Positions 1 to 7,286 of a stretch of 64,000 nucleotides of DNA are shown here, one piece after another. The position numbers and the translations under genes were made by a program. Numbering within the stretch: the first letter of the stretch is position 1; every line of letters starts with the position of its first letter. Under the pieces are notes generated by a model. The model did not search any database. It worked only from the letters and a program-made list of their open reading frames with translations, and was not told the DNA's origin. Origin of the DNA: an uncultured Gammaproteobacteria bacterium (GTDB lineage Bacteria; Patescibacteriota; Microgenomatia; Levybacterales; GWA1-39-11); the NCBI GenBank assembly GCA_964627245.1, contig CAZVGS010000001.1, positions 153,256-217,255 on the forward strand, in the 5' to 3' direction.

Positions 1-1
1 T

Positions 2-940
2 GTAAGTCTGCCTAAAATCCATGTTGATGACCCGACAATTAGAATTACAATCGGACCTAACACCAGTCCTTTTTTAGGAAAAGAAGGCAAGCTTTTATCT
101 TCTTCCCAGATAAAAGAAAGGCTTATGCGGGAGAAAGAGACAAATCTCGGTCTTAAAATTGAACAGGATGAAGCATCATCAAATTTTGCAGTTTCAGGCC
201 GCGGAGAGCTTCATTTAGCTGTTCTTATTGAGAACATGAGGAGAGAAGGTTTTGAGATGGAAATCTCAAAACCGCAGGTAATTTACAAAACAGTTGACGG
301 TGTAACAGTTGAGCCTTACGAAGAAGTTACAATTGACGTAGGTAAGGATTACATTGGAGCAATAACCGAAGAATTTGCCAAAAGAAAAGCAAATATGATA
401 AATATGACTCAGGAACCTGGCGAGATTACGCGCTTCGTGTATAAGGTTTCAAGTAAAAATCTACTTGGAATTCGAAATATTCTTCTGACAAAAACAAGAG
501 GCACTGTTGAGCTTAATACTTTCTTTCTAGGCTATTTTCCTAAGGAAAACTCAACTGTTGAGGAAGAAAGACCAGGAGTTCTTATTTCTTTTGATTCCGG
601 AACCGCACTTTCTTATGGACTTGAAAACGCCCAAGAAAGAGGCACACTTTTTATTAAACCAAATACTCCAGTCTATGAGGGGATGATAATTGGTATCTCG
701 ACAAGAGATCAAGATATGGAAATAAATGTAACAAAAGGCAAAAAAATGACAAACATAAGATCCTCGACCTCAGATATGTCTGTGCAAATAGACACTCCGA
801 CAGAGTTGTCTCTAGAGCAAGCTCTTGATTTTATAAATTCTGATGAACTGTTAGAGATCACACCTAAAAGTATCAGAATCCGAAAAAAATATCTTTCTGC
901 GACGGAGAGAAAGATCAAGTCAAGAAAAGCCATTTCTTGA
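2..940 (+). CDS. typA: Translational GTPase TypA/BipA, C-terminal part (5' truncated by window edge)
   Basis: Frame is open from position 2 (VSLPKIHVDDPTI..NTSPFLGKEGK). Contains VSGRGELHLAVLIENMRREGFE, EPYEEVTID, and C-terminal LSLEQALDFINSDELLEITPKSIRIRKK, all typical of TypA. Confidence 0.96.
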   Translation, partial: VSLPKIHVDDPTIRITIGPNTSPFLGKEGKLLSSSQIKERLMREKETNLGLKIEQDEASSNFAVSGRGELHLAVLIENMRREGFEMEISKPQVIYKTVDGVTVEPYEEVTIDVGKDYIGAITEEFAKRKANMINMTQEPGEITRFVYKVSSKNLLGIRNILLTKTRGTVELNTFFLGYFPKENSTVEEERPGVLISFDSGTALSYGLENAQERGTLFIKPNTPVYEGMIIGISTRDQDMEINVTKGKKMTNIRSSTSDMSVQIDTPTELSLEQALDFINSDELLEITPKSIRIRKKYLSATERKIKSRKAIS

Positions 941-971
941 TGCAGTTTGGTCAATCTGATAACATTAGCAT

Positions 972-1880
972 ATGAAAAGTATTGTTGCTATTGTAATATT
1001 TTTATTCTTTTTAACTTTTCCTACAGGGTCTTTTGCCCAGGATTTCCTTGATCTTCCAACCCTTGAAGAAGTAACTTCGACTGATTCGGCTACCGCATCG
1101 CAATCAGCTAAAGAGGCAGAAGCTATCTCGAAGATAAAATTAGAAGACGTGACTAGACCTGAAGGGCCTGAGAATGACCAAGCTTTAAGACTTTTCAAGC
1201 AGAGACCTGCAGACAATCTTTCACCAACAAACATAATGGCATTTTTGGTTCAGACCTCCGTCAAAGCAGGTGTCCCTTCGCGGACAGTAATACTTATTCT
1301 TCTGCTTCCTATGCTTGCAACAATTATTGCATTTATAAGACACGTTATCGGCCTTCCCAGCATCGGAATGCTTGTTCCTGTTGCACTTTCAATTACCCTT
1401 CTTTCAACAGGCATAACGGCGGGTCTTATACTTTTGGGAACAATTATCTTTGGCTCAACCTTTGCAAGGATTCTGCTTAAAAGGGTTCGAATAATGCAGC
1501 TTCCAAAGATGGCTTTATCAATGTTTATAGTATCAATCTTTCTCTTTTTTACACTTACCCTAAGCGCAATGGGTGGCATTTTGGTTGTAAAACAGCTTTC
1601 GATATTTCCTGTTCTTCTGTTAATTCTTCTATCAGAACAAATAATTGCTGTCCAGACTGAAAGAAGTGTGCAAGAAATGCTTATCATCTCTATGGTTACT
1701 TTTGCAATAGGAATACTTGGCTTTCTTCTTCTCTCTTCAAATTACCTAAGAAACACTATATTGCTCTATCCTGAATTTATATTGACTCTCATTCCTCTCA
1801 ACATTGTGATAGGCAGGTATTTTGGACTTAGATTAATGGAATATTTTAGATTTTCCTCAATAAGCCATGCCGGTAAGTAG
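972..1880 (+). CDS. 7TM protein of the 'inactive transglutaminase fused to 7 TM helices' (PA1767-like) family, lacking the transglutaminase domain
   Basis: Signal-like N-terminus, acidic linker, then about 7 hydrophobic segments with LLLPMLATIIAFIRHVIGL, SIFPVLLL and C-terminal IGRYFGLRLMEYFRF. Overlaps the downstream ATP-grasp gene. Confidence 0.82.
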   Translation: MKSIVAIVIFLFFLTFPTGSFAQDFLDLPTLEEVTSTDSATASQSAKEAEAISKIKLEDVTRPEGPENDQALRLFKQRPADNLSPTNIMAFLVQTSVKAGVPSRTVILILLLPMLATIIAFIRHVIGLPSIGMLVPVALSITLLSTGITAGLILLGTIIFGSTFARILLKRVRIMQLPKMALSMFIVSIFLFFTLTLSAMGGILVVKQLSIFPVLLLILLSEQIIAVQTERSVQEMLIISMVTFAIGILGFLLLSSNYLRNTILLYPEFILTLIPLNIVIGRYFGLRLMEYFRFSSISHAGK

Positions 1881-3171
1881 AGACATACTGGGCATGAATG
1901 CCCGAAATTTCTTATACATACGTAAGTATAATTCTTCGGAGGCAAAAAAAATTGCTGATGATAAGCTGCTTATGAAAAGCGTTCTAATTCAAAACGGTAT
2001 AAAAACGCCCAATCTTATGACCATATTTTATGACAGGGATTCTATCTTAAAATATGCATGGGATGATCTCCCAAGCCGCGGGTTTGTTATAAAGCCTGCA
2101 AGAGGATTTGCCGGATCCGGAATTCTTCCTGTAAAAAAATGGGAAAACTCGACAGCAATAACAGCTAACGGTCAAACTTTTTCCATTAAGCAGCTTGAAT
2201 CCCATATATTAGATATCCTTGAAGGAGCTTACTCGCTAAAATTCTTGCCGGACAACGCTTTTATCGAAGAAAGGCTTCATCCCCATCCTTTCTTTAAAAA
2301 ATTAACCGGAGTAGGTATTCCTGATATACGGGTAATAGTCTTCAATAGTATCCCGGTTATGGCAATGATGCGCTTATCAACCGCCGAATCCCAGGGAAAG
2401 GCGAATTTACACCAAGGGGCTATCGGATTTGGCATTGACATCAGAACAGGAATAACAACAAACGCAATACTTTATGATCAGAAGATTTCGGTAATACCAA
2501 ATACAAAGATAAAAACGAGAGGTATTAAAATACCTGATTGGGAAGAGGTTTTACTCCTCGCTGCAAGATCTCAGCAAATAACCGGTCTTGGTTATGCCGG
2601 AATTGACATCGTTTTTGACGGAAATGAAGGTCCGATGGTACTTGAGTTAAATGCAAGGCCGGGTCTTTCAATTCAAAATGCCAACAAGGACTCCCTAAGG
2701 TCAAGACTCGAAAGAGTCGAAAATATTATAACCCCCACTCCTGAGCGGGGTGTTGAAATTGCAAAAAATCTATTCACGGAGTCTTTTTCCGAAAAAGTTT
2801 CTATATCACCAAAAATTCTTACAATTATCCAAGAAGTTACATTTCACAGGAACGGAGAACCAATAACTGTTAAGGCAAAACTTGATACCGGTGCTTTTAG
2901 AACCTCAATAGACAAAAACTTTGCCGATCTTCTAGGACTTTCCACTCTAAGCGAAAAAGTTTATGTAAAATCAGCAAGTGGCGAAAGTTTTCGTCCAACC
3001 GCAAAAACATCATTTATCATGGGTGGGAAAAAGATCAATACGGTCGTATCTATAGTTGATAGATCTAGCATGAAATATCCGGTAATTGTCGGACACAGGG
3101 ATATGAAGGACTTTCTAATCAAACCCATAAATGATCAGCCTTATGACCCTGAAGATGATATAGAGGAATAA
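1867..3171 (+). CDS. RimK-related ATP-grasp ligase (alpha-L-glutamate ligase-like, PA1766 family) fused to a C-terminal retropepsin-like aspartyl protease (RimB-like)
   Basis: ILGMNARN, DDKL, FVIKPARG, DIRVIV, KANLHQGAIG, GYAGIDIV and LELNARPGLSIQNAN mark the ATP-grasp. C-terminal VKAKLDTGAFRTSID and DRSSMKYPVIVG mark the retropepsin (DTG at 2884-2892). Confidence 0.88.
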   Translation: MPVSRDILGMNARNFLYIRKYNSSEAKKIADDKLLMKSVLIQNGIKTPNLMTIFYDRDSILKYAWDDLPSRGFVIKPARGFAGSGILPVKKWENSTAITANGQTFSIKQLESHILDILEGAYSLKFLPDNAFIEERLHPHPFFKKLTGVGIPDIRVIVFNSIPVMAMMRLSTAESQGKANLHQGAIGFGIDIRTGITTNAILYDQKISVIPNTKIKTRGIKIPDWEEVLLLAARSQQITGLGYAGIDIVFDGNEGPMVLELNARPGLSIQNANKDSLRSRLERVENIITPTPERGVEIAKNLFTESFSEKVSISPKILTIIQEVTFHRNGEPITVKAKLDTGAFRTSIDKNFADLLGLSTLSEKVYVKSASGESFRPTAKTSFIMGGKKINTVVSIVDRSSMKYPVIVGHRDMKDFLIKPINDQPYDPEDDIEE

Positions 3172-3172
3172 A

Positions 3173-3478
3173 CTATTTCTTTGAACTTAAGCTTTTCTTA
3201 GACACTTTTACTGACTTTTTTGAGGCTTTCTTCCTTGATTTTTTCTTTTTTATTTCAATATTTTCAACTTTAACTATCACAGGAGAATTGAGAGGAAAAA
3301 GTCTATCAATATCAACCCCGTCAACAAATTGCCTTACAGTTAGCATCTTGTCATCCCCTTTGCCTCTAGACTTTACAATTTTTCCTTGAAAAGCAATTAT
3401 TCGCTCTTTCTTGCCTTCGATTATTTTCTGATACACCTTGACTGCATTTCCGCGTCTAAGATCTAGATTATTTTCCAT
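3173..3478 (-). CDS. rplS: 50S ribosomal protein bL19, divergent, with a Lys/Ser-rich C-terminal tail
   Basis: GNAVKVYQKIIEGKKERI, LTVRQ and RLFPLNSP match the bL19 core. The usual VRRAKLYYLR tail is absent. Confidence 0.82.
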   Translation of the reverse strand: MENNLDLRRGNAVKVYQKIIEGKKERIIAFQGKIVKSRGKGDDKMLTVRQFVDGVDIDRLFPLNSPVIVKVENIEIKKKKSRKKASKKSVKVSKKSLSSKK

Positions 3479-3486
3479 AGAGCCAT

Positions 3487-3516
3487 ATTATACAGTAAAA
3501 ACAGCCTAAATTTCAA
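3487..3516 (-). promoter_or_regulatory. Sigma70-type promoter for rplS (leaderless-like)
   Basis: Minus strand TTGAAA-N18-TATAAT; the -10 box ends 8 nt before the ATG. Confidence 0.65.
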
Positions 3517-3536
3517 CCGAAGATGCCTTGAATGAA

Positions 3537-5201
3537 TTAACGGGAAGCCTTGAGAAATTCTACAAATATAGGATGGGGCTTTTGCGGTCTGCTTTTGTAC
3601 TCAGGATGGCCTTGAGTCCCCATGAAGAAGGGGTGACTTTCTGAAGAAAGTTCTATTATCTCAACTAAATTTTCAACAACTGACCTAGCTGAGATTATAA
3701 GACCCGCATCCTCAATTTCCTTTGCATATTTATTGTTAAATTCATATCGATGTCTATGTCTTTCGGAAGTTAACCCTTCTTTCCCTTTAATAAAAGGGCC
3801 AGATTTTTTATATATTTCATATGCTCTTGTCCCTTTTTTAACAACTGCCTCCCATGCTCCCAGACGCATTGTTCCTCCATATGCACGTCTCTTCATAAGC
3901 TCTTTTTGGTTTTCTATCATATGAATAACCGGATGCTTTGTTTCTTGGTCGTTTTCCGCAGTATTTGCATCCTTCCAACCCAACACGTACCTTGAAAAAC
4001 CGACAACGGCAAGCTGCATTCCATAGCAAAGCCCAAGATAGGGAATTTTCTTATTTAAAGAATACTCAGCAGCCCTTATCATCCCCTCCGCTCCTCTCTC
4101 TCCCCAGCCTATCGGAACAATTATTCCATCCGGCTTACCTATTGCTTTTTCTGCCCCTTCTTTTTCAACTTTTTGAGCATCCACCCATCTAGTCTCAACC
4201 TCAACATCGGCCTCCCACGATGCGTGCTCAATAGCATCAAGCAGTGCGGCATACGAATCTCGTAACTGATATTCCCCTGTTCCAAAATATTTGCCGACAA
4301 TAGCAATCTCAATTTTCTTGCTTTTCGGCGACTTAATTCTTTCGATCATTTTCTTCCATTTATCAATTTGTGGATTCCTTGATTCAAGTCCTAATTTCAT
4401 GAATATCCTATTCTCAAGACCTTGCTTATGTAAAACCAGCGGGATTTCGTAAACAGTTTCAACGTCGGGGTTTGAAATTATATCTTCAGGATGCATGTTG
4501 CAAAAAAGCGCAAACCTATCCTTTCTTCTCTGGTCAAGATATCTCGTAGATCTTGCAATAATAAAATCCGGTTGTATCCCCATAGAATTAAGTGTTCTAA
4601 CTGAAAGTTGCGTAGGTTTTGTCTTAGGCTCCCCCAAATGTGAAGGCGTCGGAACATAACTTACATGGACATGAATTACATCGCCCGGGTTTTTCAATGT
4701 TAAAATTCTTGATGCTTCATAATAGAATAGGTTTTGGTATTCGCCGGCAGTTCCGCCTAATTCTATTACGACAATCTCAGCATTTTTTACTTTAGCAACG
4801 TGATTTATCCGTGATATGATTTCATCAGTAATATGAGGAATTGCCTCAACGTCTTCTCCGTTATATTCAAATCTCCTTTCACGGTCTATGACTGTCTGAT
4901 AGATTTTGCCCATTGTGACAAAATTTTCCTTACCCATATTCTCATCGAGAAATTTCTCGTATGAGCCTATGTCCATGTCCGCCTCGGTTCCATCTTCACA
5001 AAGAAATGGGTCTCCATGCTCTATAGGATTTATTGTTCCAGCATCAAGATTCAGGTAATTCTCAAATTTTATTGGAGCGACTTTATAACCGGCAGATTTT
5101 AGTAAAAATGATATTGAAGATGAAGTGAGTCCCTTTCCAATTCCAGAAATGACTCCTCCTGATACAAAAATGTATTTAGTGTTGAATTTCTTGAGCGGCA
5201 C
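3537..5201 (-). CDS. pyrG: CTP synthase
   Basis: KYIFVSGGVISGIGKG, KTKPTQ, GLCYGMQ, ERHRHRYE and TQGHPEYKSRP. Confidence 0.98.
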   Translation of the reverse strand: MPLKKFNTKYIFVSGGVISGIGKGLTSSSISFLLKSAGYKVAPIKFENYLNLDAGTINPIEHGDPFLCEDGTEADMDIGSYEKFLDENMGKENFVTMGKIYQTVIDRERRFEYNGEDVEAIPHITDEIISRINHVAKVKNAEIVVIELGGTAGEYQNLFYYEASRILTLKNPGDVIHVHVSYVPTPSHLGEPKTKPTQLSVRTLNSMGIQPDFIIARSTRYLDQRRKDRFALFCNMHPEDIISNPDVETVYEIPLVLHKQGLENRIFMKLGLESRNPQIDKWKKMIERIKSPKSKKIEIAIVGKYFGTGEYQLRDSYAALLDAIEHASWEADVEVETRWVDAQKVEKEGAEKAIGKPDGIIVPIGWGERGAEGMIRAAEYSLNKKIPYLGLCYGMQLAVVGFSRYVLGWKDANTAENDQETKHPVIHMIENQKELMKRRAYGGTMRLGAWEAVVKKGTRAYEIYKKSGPFIKGKEGLTSERHRHRYEFNNKYAKEIEDAGLIISARSVVENLVEIIELSSESHPFFMGTQGHPEYKSRPQKPHPIFVEFLKASR

Positions 5202-5206
5202 GATTT

Positions 5207-5235
5207 ATATTATCAAATAGGGAAAAACGTGTCAA
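5207..5235 (-). promoter_or_regulatory. Sigma70-type promoter for pyrG (leaderless-like)
   Basis: Minus strand TTGACA-N17-TAATAT; the -10 box ends 5 nt before the GTG start. Confidence 0.7.
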
Positions 5236-5243
5236 CGAGGAAA

Positions 5244-5579
5244 TTATTGTCCTTCTTCTGCAGCACCTGCTGCCTCAAGCATCTTAAGCTTGTCTCGCTT
5301 GTCGTTTGTATCGTTCCATTCTTTAATAATTTCTTGATTTTTCTCAAGCATACTTTTTGCTGAAGCGTTTGTGTTAAGCGGTGCTATCTTTGACTTAAAA
5401 GTATCTATCCTTCCCGCTTTGTAAAGCAAAAACATTCCGGCTACACACAAAATAACCGATCCGAGTATAAGCAAAGGACTCCCGCCATCTCTAATATTTC
5501 CGATTGTTAGATACCCCACATATAATCCTGATCCAAAGAGAAAAAATCCAAGAATTGTCCCTATCAATACTTTTTTCAT
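5244..5579 (-). CDS. Small 2-TM hypothetical protein (paralog of 5626..5931)
   Basis: Two hydrophobic helices, then KAGR...SMLEKNQE.I.E...T...RDKL, shared with the neighbour. Confidence 0.75.
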   Translation of the reverse strand: MKKVLIGTILGFFLFGSGLYVGYLTIGNIRDGGSPLLILGSVILCVAGMFLLYKAGRIDTFKSKIAPLNTNASAKSMLEKNQEIIKEWNDTNDKRDKLKMLEAAGAAEEGQ

Positions 5580-5625
5580 GATATCAAGAATATTTGAAAA
5601 TCAATATTTTTGCAAACTCTACTTC

Positions 5626-5931
5626 TCAAAGGTGCTTAAGAACTCTTAATCTATCCCGAAGTTCGGTAGTTTTTCCGTATTCTAAAATCCTTTCATTATT
5701 TTTTTCAAGTATAGATTGTTCTTTTTTCCGGCCGGTTTCTTTAAACGTAATTTTTTGCTCATGCCTGCCTGCCTTTATTAAGAAAAAAATTCCAAGAGGA
5801 ATCATAACAAAAGAAAGTATTACGCGAAGAGGAGTTGCCATAAAGGGATTTGATACCCACAAATAAAAAAGTGTAAATCCAATACTGCTAATCAAAAACC
5901 CAACTACTGTACCAAAAAAACGGTTACTCAC
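5626..5931 (-). CDS. Small 2-TM hypothetical protein (paralog of 5244..5579)
   Basis: Two TM helices, then KAGR...SILEKNNERILEYGKTTELRDRL. Own promoter TTGAAA-N17-TATTCT (5938-5966), 6 nt from the GTG. Confidence 0.75.
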   Translation of the reverse strand: MSNRFFGTVVGFLISSIGFTLFYLWVSNPFMATPLRVILSFVMIPLGIFFLIKAGRHEQKITFKETGRKKEQSILEKNNERILEYGKTTELRDRLRVLKHL

Positions 5932-6018
5932 TTCTCTAGAATAGACAATTCAATCTGCTTTTTCAACCCAAACTCCAACCCAGAGATGACCACTCCTTGG
6001 CCTGTCCACCAAATCTTG

Positions 6019-6090
6019 AGCGGGCGAGCGGAATCGAACCGCCGAACTCCTCCTTGGGAAGGAGGCATTGTACCACTCAACTACGCCCGC
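6019..6090 (-). tRNA. tRNA-Gly(CCC), CCA not encoded
   Basis: Reverse complement GCGGGCGTAGTTGAGTGGTACAATG-CCTCC-TTCCCAA-GGAGG-AGTTC-GGCGG-TTCGATT-CCGCT-CGCCCGC-T folds as a cloverleaf with anticodon CCC. Confidence 0.95.
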
Positions 6091-6347
6091 AAAGGCAAAA
6101 CAAACGGGGAAAGAAGTCATCTACCACCGCCTTATGTTTGTCGCAAGCTTTCACTTACTAACTCAAAAAAACCAATTTAGCAATATCCTATAATGGCTTG
6201 CTAGGATTCTTTTTCCACGATATCTTGCCTAAAAAATAACAAATATCTTTAAGACAAAGTTGATTATTCTTGCAAGTAAGATTATGCGCCTGATTCAAGT
6301 ATACAATACGTCCTATCCAAAAAAGCTCTTCAAGACCCTTGGGCAGA

Positions 6348-6998
6348 TTATGGTCTTGAAAATTTCAGAGAATCTCCAGCATAGATGAGGTCAGGATTAA
6401 CAAGATTGTTAGCTTTTGCAATATCAACCCACCTATAACCGTCACCATAGGCTCTTTCTGCAATTGTCCAAAGATTGTCTCCTTCAGCAATTTTATAGTA
6501 AGCACCTGTGATTTTCTGATCAGCGGGTACTTCAATTGTTTTAACCTCCGTTTTAGGTGCAACCGTTACGGTTGGCACTGCAGTTGGAGAAATTACTTGA
6601 CTCATGTTTTCTTCTGGTGCAGATGTCACACTTCTTTTAGGAATAACAAGTTTTTGGCCTTTTTCAAGCTCGTAAGGTTCTTTTAAGTTGTTCGTTTTTG
6701 CGATATCAACCCATGCATAACCGTCGTTGTATGACTTTTCTGCAATGCTCCACAATGTCTCTCCTTCTGCGACAGTATAGCTACCGGTTAATAGGTCCTC
6801 CGACTCATCAACCATTGCTGCTTGGTCATCGATCTGCGCTTTATTTTGTGATAAGGTTCTAACTCCCAAAGCAATTACTATAAAAAGCACAATTACTGTT
6901 ACTATTCCATAGACAAGACTCTTATAAGAATCCGAATCTTGCATAAGCTTTTGTATATCAAAAGATTTTTCAGTTTTTAATGATTTTTTTGTTGGCAT
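6348..6998 (-). CDS. Membrane-anchored protein with two LysM peptidoglycan-binding domains
   Basis: One N-terminal TM helix and two repeats (YTVAEGETLWSIAEKSY..W.DIA..NNL and YKIAEGDNLWTIAERAY..W.DIA..NNL). Start moved to ATG 6998 because of the SD GAAAGGAG and because the longer ORF overlaps the tRNA. Confidence 0.9.
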   Translation of the reverse strand: MPTKKSLKTEKSFDIQKLMQDSDSYKSLVYGIVTVIVLFIVIALGVRTLSQNKAQIDDQAAMVDESEDLLTGSYTVAEGETLWSIAEKSYNDGYAWVDIAKTNNLKEPYELEKGQKLVIPKRSVTSAPEENMSQVISPTAVPTVTVAPKTEVKTIEVPADQKITGAYYKIAEGDNLWTIAERAYGDGYRWVDIAKANNLVNPDLIYAGDSLKFSRP

Positions 6999-7057
6999 AT
7001 AACTCCTTTCCAGGCAGAAAGTACTAGGCAGAATGAGCAGTCTAATTTCTCTTTTTG

Positions 7058-7131
7058 CGGGGTGAACGGGACTCAAACCCGCGACCTCTTCCGTGACAGG
7101 GAAGCGCTCTAATCAACTGAGCTACCACCCC
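7058..7131 (-). tRNA. tRNA-Asp(GTC), CCA not encoded
   Basis: Reverse complement GGGGTGGTAGCTCAGTTGATTAGAGCG-CTTCC-CTGTCAC-GGAAG-AGGTC-GCGGG-TTTGAGT-CCCGT-TCACCCC-G; anticodon GTC; T-loop is TTTGAGT. Confidence 0.95.
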
Positions 7132-7286
7132 AAAAGCTCAGCTTTTGCGATGAACAAGGATTTTCTCCAAGCACACCTCTTATACCTTACGAAAAGCAAA
7201 GCACCCAAACTCTTGGTTCAGCTATTCTACCAACTCAAAACTACACAGTCAATGGGTTCAAATCTGATTTATGTTATATTATCGGT

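Noticed and set aside
5200-6019. Integrative element at the tRNA-Gly 3' end
   Set aside because: No integrase and no duplicated tRNA 3' fragment (att site) seen.
6091-6150. Possible structured RNA upstream of tRNA-Gly (GACAAAC...GTTTGTT stem)
   Set aside because: Only a ~7-bp imperfect stem, and I recognise no riboswitch or ncRNA family.
5986-6180. 64-aa ORF, and the 65-aa ORF at 7093..7290
   Set aside because: They overlap tRNA genes on the opposite strand; spurious.
6999-7076. N-terminal extension of the LysM ORF given in the ORF track
   Set aside because: It overlaps tRNA-Asp, and a strong SD supports ATG 6998.
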